A stretch of 64,000 nt of DNA from Trypanosoma brucei. Its lineage: Eukaryota. The position numbers were made by a program, and so were the translations under genes. The notes beneath the pieces are model-generated. The model did no database searches. It was not told the origin of the DNA and saw only the letters and a list, made by a program, of their open reading frames with translations. The first letter of the stretch is position 1, and each line of letters starts with the position of its first letter. Positions 1-11,300 of the stretch are shown here, piece by piece. The stretch is taken from NCBI GenBank assembly GCA_000002445.1, contig AL929603.2:256001-320000 (forward strand), given 5' to 3'.

Positions 1-901
1 ATAAAATAAGTTGTTCGTCCTTGTAATTTGCAAGAGAGTGGCAGCACCCGTGCAGGGGCATATCGCCGCTGGGTGGCACACTATTCCACATGAATGTTGT
101 GGGTCCCTTACCGCTACTGGTGGTATTGCTCATCATGTATCTGAGTATTATAACTCCACACCCAAACAAATAGCGGTGCAGGAACTCAAAGGAAGAAGGA
201 AACCGGAAACCAGTAACCTCCCTCACGCCTTATTTATACTTTCTGGCTCTGGCCCGCTTCTGCTTCAAAAAGCAACAAAAAAACAAAGAGATGGTCCACT
301 TCCTGCGGCTAAACCAGACAAGTTTTCCCCTTCAACTTTTTTTTTAAAAATCTTTAACTACTTTTCTATTATTATTATTTTTTATTTTTTTGCTTGTCTT
401 CTTCTTCCCCTTGTTGAAGGACGCCCAGGTTGGTGTTGCGACGGAACGGAATGTCCAAGCAGCACTCAATGAAGACTTAACGTAAGGGGAAAAAATGCAA
501 AAAATGGGGTTTTAAAGGGTGAAGTTGTCGTGGAGCGAAAGGTAAAGACAATTGGGCAAAACAAGCAAACTTTTAACAGCACCATCAATAATGGGAAATA
601 CCTCAAATCTGAACTTACAACGAAACAAAAAAAATGGTCAAAGGTCACACTGCTGCGCATTTAAAGGACTCGCCATAAATATAGTAAAGGCAAAGCGAAG
701 GCATTAACAGATGTGGAAGTACTCTCCACCACCGGCACCCGACACACGCAGAGAAACTTTTAAATGTGTAACAAAACTCATTATTTGCACGGAAAGCGTG
801 CCAAACCCTCCAGAGTGATTTCTTGTGTACTGAATGTGATCACCTGCGGCACCGGTTGGAAACGGGGTTGAGCTGGAAAAGGTATGGCACAATAAATATG
901 T

Positions 902-3790
902 TTAATTCCCTTTAAGCACCCGTCTCACATCGAACTCGTCAACGGCGCATCGCACTTCATGCAGCCACTGCGGGACACCCTCTGGGAGGGAAAACACAAG
1001 TTGCGCTACTCTCCCAAGCTTCGAAAGCTCTGCAAGCAACCATTCGTGATTGTCCTCCCTCTTATCTCCCTCATCTAGATCATACGTCACATCTGCCACG
1101 AGGCTCTGTATAAGCCGCCTATACTCAACAGTTGCTTCATAAAACAATTCGAGCAAACTCTCATTAGTGCATCGACCTCCCTTCAAAAGCGTGTTGCCGC
1201 CACGCACCACAGCCTGCAAACGGTACGGTGCATCACTCGTACTGATGCATGTTGCTGGTATTCGGATAACGTACTTCAGAACGCGCAGTAGGCGCGGAGC
1301 ATGACCACTCTGTGCGAGTGTGTCGAGTACGTATGGCGAAAAGTAATCCCCCTCATCGAGCCAGCTCATGCTATTATCTTTAATTACACGTATAAAATAC
1401 ATTTCCAACGAGTCAGCTAAGATTTCCGCTGCCGCTTCAGGGCCCAGTGGTTTACTTAACCTCCACGCGACGCGGAAGTGTGAAGGATTGGCTGCACACC
1501 ATTGTCCCAAAGTTTCAGTGTACTGCGCAACCACCTGTCGGTCTTGGGGTGTTGTTACGGACCCCTGGGAAATATAATTATGCAACCACGATACTATTCT
1601 GTCTGCTGACATGTAAGCGTAAGCCACATCAGGCTCTACACGTTGCAGTACACCCATGGCACGCCACACATCGCCAACGGAACCAACCGAATGAGAAATT
1701 AAGATTAACTGTGTGCAATCATCAAAAGGTAAAAGAGCAGGTAGGAGTCCAGGAGATAAAAAGGAACCGAGGTGAGACGCGAGACTCCAACGAGCCGTCT
1801 TGTCCTCACCACAGTCAAGATGAAGGCCCAGCCAAAGCGACTCCATTAGGGTTGGTTCTGCACTAGTTTGTAGGTTACGGAGACCTTCACTAATAGAGGC
1901 AACACACTTAACGTCGATTTTGCACGTAACTGCCCACCGCAGCAGCTCTACAAGTGAACAAATAACGGAGGCCGTTTCACCAGCGCTCCACTTGTCCTTG
2001 TGTCGACGAACAACAACAGGAACGAGGAGTGAACTTCGCAGTAGCCGTTGTTGCTTCGACGCTGAGTCGCTTCCAGAGAACACAAGTGACTGATAAGTTA
2101 GGCTAACATCCCACGCGCTTGTCGCAAGAAACCCCTCTGACGCGAGAAGAGTCAGCTCAGCGCACTGCGGGACACAATGCGACGACGGTTGCCTCCATAA
2201 TAAACTGCACAAACGCTCATATGTGGCAAAGAGAGCTATGGGGAGCTCATCGTACTGCACAAAAAATTCATCAACATCGCTCGACAATAAATTATCAACA
2301 ATATCGCACACATCGCGGTCATCGACATGCTTCATCCACCTCAGCAGGGAGGCGTGACACCTTTCAAAAAAATCACGCAGTACACGAAGCGCATGTTCCT
2401 TTCGCTCATTCTTGTACCGGATGTCTTCCACAATCATGTCATAATCACTAGGGTCATCTGTGGGGTCCATTTCCGGTATGGGGAGAGGCGCGAGGACTTG
2501 TGAAATCACCTGAAGTCCTTCACATACTACGAGCACAATCTCCTCCGTTTCAGTTGCCACTGCAGACACCCGATTCGCCAGCAGTGTCACTTGCTGTTCG
2601 AGTATGCCCTCCAGTACATGCGCGCCGTGCGCTAGCTGCCTATATAACGCGTGGTCGGGATCGAAATTCAACACTACTGTTTCAACGGACGACTCCATCG
2701 CAGCGGCGATAACGCGACATGTGTACAGTACAGGAACAGTTACGCCCTCAGTTCCACTTACCGCAAGCAGTGCAGACATCAACACTGGAAAAGTTGAATC
2801 GTCAACGTGAGACACCGCACGTATGACCGTGCACGCAGCACTAATTATCTCCTCCCCGCTTATCCCATGTCGCAGGTGATGAATGACAGCTTCCCAAAAG
2901 GACGAGGTGGGGAGATGCTTCCAAAACAGTGGTGACGTATCCTGTGGATCCTGTAAGGTACATTCCGAGAGGAAAGTTACAGCTTGGGACACAGTTACGC
3001 ACAGGCACTTCAGCTCCTCCGTACTGGAGGGCGCACACATGAGGAGGAGATGGATGTTCCTCTGAAGACGCAACCGCTGCTTTGAGCGCTGCACCGGACC
3101 CATTGGAATACGACGATCGCTTATCACCATCATACAACCGGAGAAAATTTTTATGAAGCAACGGAAGCCCTCTTCATCTGCCGGCACAGTACCACCGAAC
3201 TGCGATAGCAGGGCCTCAACAACGTCCATACCAGACACCTGAAGCACGAGCAGCGACGACACGCAAAGATATAGCTGTGATTTCACGCTCTCTGGGAGTC
3301 CAATTGAGGCATCCAGGTAGCTTTTGTAAAAAGGCAATAGATCGTTGGAAATCGAGGATCTGCCACCATTAACGGGTAGAGCAAGAGCGGCTGCCACATC
3401 CTGCATACAGAAGATACGATTAAGTATTGCCACAAGCAGCAATGTGGAAAGGGGTATTCCGTTGGTATTAAACCGCGCGCATGCGTCTGCCAACATGGAA
3501 AGTGGCGGGCTGGTGGTGGTGATTACCGACGAGCGAGCGGCTTCACGCAGTACATTACGCAGAAACACACCGGCTTCGGAGCTTCCACAGGCCACAAATG
3601 CATCAATGGCCGTCCAAATTCCTCCAACTCCTGCGGCCCCGTCCACCGGTTCCATTTGTCTTATCTCTATTCGAGCAATTGCATACACACACTGTAGAAA
3701 ATCAAAATTAACACCTGTGCGGTAAGACAGAATGATGGCAATAAACATGAGCACATAACACAACAAACAGAAAGACAACGGCACATCCAC
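902..3790 (-). CDS. Hypothetical large alpha-helical protein (962 aa ORF). The more likely start is the internal Met at 3655, giving about 917 aa beginning MEPVDGAAG; the first 45 aa are hydrophobic.
   Basis: Long uninterrupted ORF with protein-like composition, last gene of the minus-strand cluster. No diagnostic motif recognised; helical repeat (HEAT/ARM-like) character only. Confidence 0.6.
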   Translation of the reverse strand: MDVPLSFCLLCYVLMFIAIILSYRTGVNFDFLQCVYAIARIEIRQMEPVDGAAGVGGIWTAIDAFVACGSSEAGVFLRNVLREAARSSVITTTSPPLSMLADACARFNTNGIPLSTLLLVAILNRIFCMQDVAAALALPVNGGRSSISNDLLPFYKSYLDASIGLPESVKSQLYLCVSSLLVLQVSGMDVVEALLSQFGGTVPADEEGFRCFIKIFSGCMMVISDRRIPMGPVQRSKQRLRLQRNIHLLLMCAPSSTEELKCLCVTVSQAVTFLSECTLQDPQDTSPLFWKHLPTSSFWEAVIHHLRHGISGEEIISAACTVIRAVSHVDDSTFPVLMSALLAVSGTEGVTVPVLYTCRVIAAAMESSVETVVLNFDPDHALYRQLAHGAHVLEGILEQQVTLLANRVSAVATETEEIVLVVCEGLQVISQVLAPLPIPEMDPTDDPSDYDMIVEDIRYKNERKEHALRVLRDFFERCHASLLRWMKHVDDRDVCDIVDNLLSSDVDEFFVQYDELPIALFATYERLCSLLWRQPSSHCVPQCAELTLLASEGFLATSAWDVSLTYQSLVFSGSDSASKQQRLLRSSLLVPVVVRRHKDKWSAGETASVICSLVELLRWAVTCKIDVKCVASISEGLRNLQTSAEPTLMESLWLGLHLDCGEDKTARWSLASHLGSFLSPGLLPALLPFDDCTQLILISHSVGSVGDVWRAMGVLQRVEPDVAYAYMSADRIVSWLHNYISQGSVTTPQDRQVVAQYTETLGQWCAANPSHFRVAWRLSKPLGPEAAAEILADSLEMYFIRVIKDNSMSWLDEGDYFSPYVLDTLAQSGHAPRLLRVLKYVIRIPATCISTSDAPYRLQAVVRGGNTLLKGGRCTNESLLELFYEATVEYRRLIQSLVADVTYDLDEGDKREDNHEWLLAELSKLGRVAQLVFSLPEGVPQWLHEVRCAVDEFDVRRVLKGN

Positions 3791-4023
3791 AACGAAAAAA
3801 ATAGAAAATAAAACAATGTAATCACCACAATTGTAATGCCAGCAAGCGGCTGAAGCGGTTTTACAGACTAATGTAGATGCAGTAATAACGGTACCGGGTA
3901 ATTAGAGGGGGGAAGTAATAAATAAAAAACAAAACCCGAGCGTAGCAGTAGAGAAAACTATACACAACCACACGACCCTCCAAACAATAACGCACCGCCC
4001 TGTCACCCACCCACCCCCTCCCC

Positions 4024-4767
4024 TTAAGCGTCAATTTCACTTTTGATTTTGGCCTTCTCCTTGCTGTATACACTTTCCAGTACAGAAACTCCCACCATTT
4101 CGTTTATGGCGGCTAGTTCCTTCCGCCTTGCAGCAACTTCATCCGAATAGCCACGGTCAGGCGAGTAGTTCAACTGCAAATCTTGTGGGTAAAACCTCTT
4201 AAAAACAACACCATGAGCTGTCAGGTATCCGAGCACTACAAAACATATGGCGCTGTAATATTCGCGTGTTTCTGCACCTCCTCGACCCTCTCGATCCCGT
4301 CGCTCGGCCTCAGCTTCAGCTTCAGCAGCCTGTTCATAGTTTCCACGTTCAGTCAATCTACGTTTGCGATAAGCGAGTTCATTCCGGCGAGCCCGGTGAG
4401 TCAGTGGGTGGTCCGATAGTGTGTTGCTGTGCATCGTACTTTCGTACAAACTAGCGGGGGAGCGGCGAATGGTGAAGATGTTATCCGCCTTTTGCTTCTT
4501 CTCCTCTATTGGGTCAGATTTGTTGGAACTCCCTACGCTGGCCGCTGCCGCTGCGGCCCTGCACAAATGCACACACATCCGGCGCATTGTCAAAAAAATA
4601 AAAATAAAGGGCTGCGCAGCACTAACGACACTTGGGGTTAAGGAAGGAAGAACAGCAAAGACAAATTTTAAAAGGCGCCGCAGATATGACCACCAATACC
4701 CTTGTGCGCAACTCAAGGAGAGGACACTTACATGATGTATCATGATAATAATAACGACGTTAACCAC
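4024..4767 (-). CDS. Hypothetical small protein with one predicted TM helix (YYSAICFVVLGYLTAHGVV). The ORF N-terminus (IIIMIHH) is translated UTR-like sequence; the true start is probably Met at 4587 (MRRMCVHLCRAAAAAA, presequence-like) or 4434.
   Basis: ORF in the minus-strand gene cluster. The C-terminal 130 aa have balanced composition and a charged helical tail. Confidence 0.45.
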   Translation of the reverse strand: MVNVVIIIMIHHVSVLSLSCAQGYWWSYLRRLLKFVFAVLPSLTPSVVSAAQPFIFIFLTMRRMCVHLCRAAAAAASVGSSNKSDPIEEKKQKADNIFTIRRSPASLYESTMHSNTLSDHPLTHRARRNELAYRKRRLTERGNYEQAAEAEAEAERRDREGRGGAETREYYSAICFVVLGYLTAHGVVFKRFYPQDLQLNYSPDRGYSDEVAARRKELAAINEMVGVSVLESVYSKEKAKIKSEIDA

Positions 4768-5260
4768 GTGGAAAAGATGAGATGTAATGCTGCTCCCAGT
4801 TTGTCCCTAAACAATTCGTGGAACGAGAACCAAAATAAGAAATGGGCAATTCAACGCGAGATCCCCGTTGCCGCAATAATGCCTTAAATAATTGCAGCAA
4901 GAGAACATGACGTATCACTTTCTCCTGGATTGGGTGATTTCTTCTTGCCCTACACTCTGCAGCTTCCCACACACATAAAAGAGAAATCATAAAGGAAGAG
5001 ACACCCCCCCCCATCTCCTCTTCCATCGTGCCCATTAGAAACCTCCTCTTTTCCTTACCTCATGTGTTTCTTTTGCTTTCCGCCACAGGAGTTTGTACGT
5101 GCCGTGAGTTTTGCTAGTCCTCCTTTTTTACTTCTTTTCCTGTTCTTTTCCATCACGAGTGACTATACGTATAAGTAAAAGTACGGGAATACTAAACGCC
5201 GCACAATGCACCACACAAATGCACACACATAATCCCCTCTCTCCCCCGCGCCCTCCTGTA

Positions 5261-6067
5261 TCACTGCTTAGGCGCGAAAATGCCCTGAAGTAACGAGACG
5301 GCAAATGGCACTACGAAGTATATCCAGTACCTCTCCACGAAGGAACGTTTGTCCTCCTCATCCTCAGCATCGTCCTGCTCCTGTTCCTGCGAGAGTGGAT
5401 TTTGCGCATCGCTTGAGCGTTTCTTGCTCTTTTTTGTTCCTTTCTTTTGAGAGGAACCCTCCTTGGAAAGGTGATTTGTGTACTCGGCAAGTTCGGTGTA
5501 ATTCGGAGTGGTAAGCGGTGCGCTCGCAACCAGTAAACCCAACTTGAGGCGCATCTTCACCTGCGGGAAGAGCAAAAGCACAGTGAGGTCGCATTCGTCA
5601 CCATCAAGCATTTTGGCATGAAATGCATTAGTCGTGCTCGTCACTTGTAACCCCACAACCGACACGTTGGTACCTACGGCCACAGCCAAAGTTTCATGTA
5701 AGAGGACCGTGCGCGGATCCAAAGCCTCGAACCCACGCACAATAGTGCATGGCGACAAGGCAACGGCAACAGCACCCGCGTCCGTATCATCACCTCCACG
5801 GGTGACACGGTAGAAGACATGTTCAGCCTTTACCAGCGCGTCCTTCTCTACCGCTGTTAGATCATTGTCTCCTTGTGGTGAACTGTGCTTCAGTTTAACC
5901 AGAGAGTCAACCGAATGACGCGATATATTGAATGTACTTACGATTCTCCAATCGTTGGTCCCATCGATCCTCCGCTGAAGAATGTAGGATTGCGTAATTC
6001 CACAACAGTACTCTGCAGAAACAAAGCACAACACAGCAAAGAACACTATCGCCTTCAGCCCCAACAT
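5261..6067 (-). CDS. Hypothetical secretory-pathway membrane protein: N-terminal signal peptide (MLGLKAIVFFAVLCFVSA), about 190-aa lumenal domain, acidic/Ser-rich linker, and a C-terminal TM helix (YWIYFVVPFAVSLLQGIF).
   Basis: ORF track 268 aa; hydrophobic N-terminus and C-terminus; polybasic KKGTKKSKKR followed by an acidic stretch. Confidence 0.55.
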   Translation of the reverse strand: MLGLKAIVFFAVLCFVSAEYCCGITQSYILQRRIDGTNDWRIVSTFNISRHSVDSLVKLKHSSPQGDNDLTAVEKDALVKAEHVFYRVTRGGDDTDAGAVAVALSPCTIVRGFEALDPRTVLLHETLAVAVGTNVSVVGLQVTSTTNAFHAKMLDGDECDLTVLLLFPQVKMRLKLGLLVASAPLTTPNYTELAEYTNHLSKEGSSQKKGTKKSKKRSSDAQNPLSQEQEQDDAEDEEDKRSFVERYWIYFVVPFAVSLLQGIFAPKQ

Positions 6068-6551
6068 GATTTCCTTAGCTCCTCTTCCTTCACACTTTAT
6101 TGTGAAAGGGAAAATGAGGTACCTGACTTACCCGACTTTCGAATCGGCTTCGCTTACAACCGCTTCCCTTTGAGCCCAAGGGAAATAACTACCCTCTTCT
6201 TTTCATATATATATATTGAAGGGCACAAGCACATACGAGTAAGAAAACGTTCAAGAAACAATTCATTAAGTGATAAAGTAAAAAAAATGACACATAAGAG
6301 CACACTTATGAAACCACATCCAAACGCTCGAGGATGTAAGGAATTTTGTTTATTTTTCTTTTAATAAAAAAGAGAATTCCTTAAGCCTTTTAGCTGCCTT
6401 GGAGCTTATCCCCATAGTGAAATAATGCGACGTGTGAAGAGCGCGCTACAGCGGATGTAATGGGAACAGGAACCGCACATGACTAGTGCTGCACGACCAC
6501 ATAATAATGATTGTCAGGTTTCCATCAAGAGTTAAGACCCACATTCAAAGC

Positions 6552-7604
6552 CTAGTTCCCATCCTCCCTCACACCAACTTTTTCTTTTCCGTCGCTCGAC
6601 CGTAACAGGAGCAGTGGGGATATGATGGTCGCATCACCATGCACACGCACCACATCACAATTTGGTGACAATAAGCCATTGGCGCGATCAGCCATAACAT
6701 TACACGAGCTTTCGCAACCATCTGCATCACTGCCTGTTGTAACATACACAACAGCATCTGCCTGCACATTTCGTAGGAGATGATGCTTCGGCAACCCGGC
6801 CCCAAGCACAATACACGTAATCCGCCCGACATTGGTGCTTTTGCATCCCAATTGCCGTAAACGCCTGACATCAGGCACCGGATCAACAACAAGTCCCTTC
6901 CGCGAATAGTTATAAAAGTAAATCATGTCCCCCATTGATCCGTCTGTAAAGGCAGGAGAAAACACGGGGATATCATTGCGATAACACCAGTAAATTAAAC
7001 TCGAACCGCAGTCGTTAGGCCGTACGCTCTCAAGGGCGGCCCCAATCTCAGCGATGATCTGGGAAGGAGTCGTCTTAGTTGTCCATCGTGAATCACGTTG
7101 CTGTTCATGAAGTCTTCTAAGGAGAGGAACAAAAAAATCCTCGAAATTTCGGTAATTGTCATTGGGCACAAGAAGGTTCCCCACACGGTTCAAACCGTTG
7201 TTTCGCAACGCGTGATCATTCAGAGCAAAGTCCCCAACCAACGTGTCTCCCAAGCACTTGATAACATCCTCCTCAACACCACCAGCTGTAGTAACCACGG
7301 CACCGATACGATTCTCGCGAGCAAGGCAGGCAAAAGTATCCCGAAGGCCACTAGATATGAGATTGGAGGTGTAAGCGAGCATTACTTTGTTGCCGTCCAT
7401 TCCGTTGTCGTTCAAAGCGCGCTGCACTATGCGCCTCGCACGCCCCAAGTTTGTGGCTTCTAACCCGATGTTTGGGTATGCATTTAATACGCACCGAATT
7501 GCTTCTTCCTGCCCAATGTTGAGAAGGTTGCTATAGTCCAAATCCCCAATAACCCGTGAAGGAAAAGGTACACCTGACATGAACCGCACGACAGCAACTG
7601 CCAA
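6552..7604 (-). CDS. DHS: Deoxyhypusine synthase (350 aa).
   Basis: Near-identity to DHS hallmark segments: TTAGGVEEDVIKCL (NAD site), NLLVPNDNYRNFEDF, IPVFSPAFTDGSMGDMIYFYNY, and GAGLPKHH aligning with human ILGGGVVKHH, which holds catalytic Lys329. Confidence 0.9.
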   Translation of the reverse strand: MAVAVVRFMSGVPFPSRVIGDLDYSNLLNIGQEEAIRCVLNAYPNIGLEATNLGRARRIVQRALNDNGMDGNKVMLAYTSNLISSGLRDTFACLARENRIGAVVTTAGGVEEDVIKCLGDTLVGDFALNDHALRNNGLNRVGNLLVPNDNYRNFEDFFVPLLRRLHEQQRDSRWTTKTTPSQIIAEIGAALESVRPNDCGSSLIYWCYRNDIPVFSPAFTDGSMGDMIYFYNYSRKGLVVDPVPDVRRLRQLGCKSTNVGRITCIVLGAGLPKHHLLRNVQADAVVYVTTGSDADGCESSCNVMADRANGLLSPNCDVVRVHGDATIISPLLLLRSSDGKEKVGVREDGN

Positions 7605-8383
7605 GGCACCGTGCGCACTCTTTTTGTTTTTTGTACCTCAAAGAACGGATGCAGAATTGAAGTTGGATTTCTCACTTAAGATGGTCCGTAAAGGCTATAA
7701 CTGCTATCACCCTCCTGCTTCCGATCTCCTATTGCAAACGTTCCAACCGCCCTACAAACAGCTCGGCACACCACCCCCCCCCCTATGGCGTTGTAGACAC
7801 TGCTTCAACCAGGAGTCACGAAACAGCAAAAAAAAGAAAGAGCAATAATGAAATGCAGAAAAAAAAGGGGGAGGATCACGTGTCGTATGGCCCCTGGCCT
7901 GCCGCTTTGACAACATGCACGTGCTCAACTTACGTAAACAAACACAGGAAAAGCGGGCGGAGATGCAATGGACCGCATGTACAAACGTATGCAACACTGT
8001 AAATGAGCAGCTGCACCAACTTCCCTCTTAAGATTTTATAAAAACGTTTCATTTATTCTTTAAGAATCCCTATCCGCTTTATCCCTCTCTTTTAGTTAAC
8101 TGATCGCTTAAACGAAAATGCGTGCGTCTCGCCCTACTTAATGCCAGACAACTTCAACCAAGGCACCGTGCCTTTATCCATGAACTTAGGCACGATTATT
8201 CTTTCTGCCCTCACGTTTCCTTTCAATAATAAACACAAACCACTTAAAACACGTGAAAAGGTAAATATATAGTCGTGCATCCACAACATATTCTGTACTC
8301 CCTACCACTTGACCGTCGTCACCCTACCCGAGTGACCGAGTCAGTAAAAGTACCAGTCTCCGTGGCCACTATCAACCACACCG

Positions 8384-11300
8384 CTAATGCTGCACATTCA
8401 ACAATTCAAACCACTGACGAAGAGCATCTGCAATAGCACTTGGAAGAGTCTCAAGTTCCCTCACGATGAGATAGTGTGGAAATGGAAATTCTTCCATGTA
8501 GGACCGCCGCACGACACTGCCATCCCTGAATTCCACAAGCTGCATGTCGAGCACGGAGTTTGATTTCACGCGCTGCAGCCTCGAGTCACGCTCTGCTTTC
8601 AGTCGACGCATCCTCTGGGCAGGAGTCATCCCCGCGAGTTCTTTGGCTGAAATAGGAGCGAGTGGCGCGGCCCCATTGTTATCGTTTTCACCTCCTGAAG
8701 CCTTGACATCCAGAAGGACAAAGACAACCATCTGGTGATTTTCTTCTGCACGCATGAGCAGCTTTCTCAGTTCCATACGATCTTCCGTGATTTGCCCATC
8801 ACTAATGATGAACATCATCTGCTGAAGGCGCTGAGTGCTGGAGCGAATTTGTCCATTCATACGCCTCCGTGCATCATCAAGGTAGTCCAACGTCGTTTCA
8901 AGGAGCAATTTAAGGTTTGTTGATTTCTGCGCAAAAGTGATTTCGCTAAATGCACGCGGACCGCTCTCGGCTACGAAGGGTTCATGCATCTCGTGTACAA
9001 TGCGCGTCTCTTTTCCGAAACACGCAATCCCCAGTTCACCTACTTCAAGCTGCTGAAGGGCCTCGGCGATAAGAGCAACGGCGCGACAGGACATTATTCC
9101 GGCATTATTGCATTGCATGCTCAACGAGTCATCAAGGGCAACAAGGATTTGGTAACTGCGTTTATTCGGTTTCGTGCGGCGTAGCCATATTCGATCTTTC
9201 TTAAACTGTGAAGCTATATACGGAATGATGCGTTTCATATTGAGCCGCTTACCGGTTTTGTAGTCACCTTGTAACTTGTCAGCGACCGTCGGACTAAGTA
9301 TAAGACGTAACTGCTCACAGAGTTGGTGAGAAAGGGTGTGAACTGCTGCTGTTTGCTCCTGCCAAAGTTCTCTTCCACGGCACAACTTGTCGTACTCCCC
9401 GCCGCCGGTTGAATCTGCCGTCTTGTCGTCGTCGTCGAAACTGTCCTCTTCCTCTTCATTATCATTTCTGATTTTCGACGCAACTTTAACATGTCGCCTC
9501 GCCTTTTTCTTCTCTGCATCCTCCTCGTCACCCTCTTCTTCACTACTTTCCGTGTCTACGCTGACTTCTACTGCATGTTTTCGGTGCCGCGGCGGCGTGT
9601 CCTCATCATTACCTTCGTCAAGTTCTTCAGAGGTACCACTTTCGCTGAAGGGGTCGGCGACTTCCCTCTGTTCCGGAAGGTTGTTAGTAGCCTCCGTAGG
9701 AACAACTGGTTTCTCATCCGTTGCGGCCATGCCCTCCTCCTCTCCCTCTTCATCGAACTCAAATTCGTCGACAACTTCCTTCCGGTTACTCTGTTGTTCG
9801 TTTTGTTGTTGGTTATCAGCTTCCCTATGTTTCTTGACCTCAACACGCTTGTTAAGGTTAAGCTGTTGAACACTTCGCTGGTGGCGCTCGACGGCTTCCT
9901 TTATTGCTCTGTACGGATTACGTGACGTGTTGTGTCGCTCGGCGTTATCACGGTGCTGGGTTCGTTCATCCCGATTTTGCCGCTTCCAGTTTCGGCCGGC
10001 TTCGTCCTGTTGTTCTTCCTCCCCCGGTTGTTGCTCCTCCGTGGTGCCCGCCTCTTGCTGTGCGGCACGAGGACGCTTTTTACTCTCCTTCTCTCGTTCT
10101 TCAGTCGCCTCTTCACCGGCGTGTTCATCCTGCTGACCGCCATTGTAAACATTCTCATCAGCCCAGTCGTCCTCCTTGTCTTCACAAAAATCGCCAGAAT
10201 CACATGTTCCTTCGCCCTCGTTGTCGTCCTTCCCATTGTCTTCGCCCTCTATGTCCCGTGCATTGTCTGATAAAACCGAGGAAGCCTCACCGCTCCCGTT
10301 ATGAGCCTCATCGTCGCTATCTCCAGCGTTGTCGTCGTCATCACCTTCACTTCCCTCACGCTCCCCCTCATCACTGCAGGTATTGCTCTCCCCGTCACCA
10401 TCCCCTCCGTCATGGCTATCATTTTCGCCACCTTCAAGTACATCAGCTGCAAGATCATGGTCCTCACCTTGCTGCTGCTCTTCGGCCTCACGTATTGCCG
10501 CCTCGCGGTTTTCGAAGTTTGCCGTTTCCTGATCACCCTCATTGCCATCTATGCTCTCCTCTTCGTTGGCGAGTTCGTCCTCCGGAACATCATCTGCGTT
10601 ACCTCCATCATCGCTATCCAGATCATTCCCTTCGTTCGTTTCCTTTTTCATACGTTTCCGCTCCTGTACTTCTTCGCCATCGACACTTCCCATTTCTCTC
10701 TCGCTCTCATCACCGTCATCCTCGTCCTCCTCGTCATCATCGTCGCGCCGTTCCTTTGGAGCAGCGAAATCCGTTTCCACATCAGCAGCGTTGTCCTCAC
10801 CATCACTAGACCCGTCGCCCTTATCCTGTTGTTTCTCCTCCTGCTCCTCATCATTCTTGTCCTTTGCACTCATGAGTTGGTCTTCGTTCTCGATCTGGTC
10901 TGTCACATCTTTCTCACCTTGGCCGTCGTCCATACCCGTACCATCAAGTTGATTGCCATCTCCGCTTTCGCCGTCACCGTCCCCATCCTCCTCCTCCTCC
11001 TCTTCCGACTTGCAAAAACCTTTTCGAAAAAGAATACACAGCAGTCGCGAGACTACGAGAGTTAGGTGAGACTGTGCCAATAACGCCCGAGTAGCCCCCT
11101 GAAGAAGGAGACCCACATGCTCCACGCACACGTCAAGTCGCGACAATAGTTGAGTTCGAGCTGCCGAAGATATTTTACGGTCGTGGGTTTCGTCGTGAAG
11201 CAGTGTGTGAAGCGACGAATGTGCAGTCCGAGCTTCTGCAAGCAGCTTGCCAACGGTTTCAGCGTACCTTCTGTAAACCAGGTCTGTCCCCCCACCACCT

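Noticed and set aside
11-472. A 153-aa plus-strand ORF at the window start.
   Set aside because: It is downstream of the last minus-strand gene, in a T-rich UTR-like region. Its translation is low complexity (IIIIFYFF) with Cys clusters. There are no upstream polypyrimidine or AG context or motifs.
1368-3725. Multiple plus-strand ORFs (69-139 aa) antisense to the 962-aa minus-strand gene; likewise 53007..54694 antisense to the coiled-coil gene, and 45259..46158 antisense to the metallophosphoesterase gene.
   Set aside because: They are antisense and out of frame to long well-supported CDSs. They have low-complexity, Arg/Ser/Cys/His-rich composition and no motifs.
6569-6892. A 107-aa minus-strand ORF overlapping the DHS gene in another frame.
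   Set aside because: It is fully nested in the strongly supported DHS reading frame. It is Cys/Met-rich and not protein-like.
9387-11065. Long plus-strand ORFs (160, 144, 301, 254, 136 aa) rich in S, L, P, H and R, antisense to midasin.
   Set aside because: They lie opposite the D/E-rich low-complexity linker of midasin. The GA-rich codon repeats lack stop codons on the antisense strand, which is a classic artefact.
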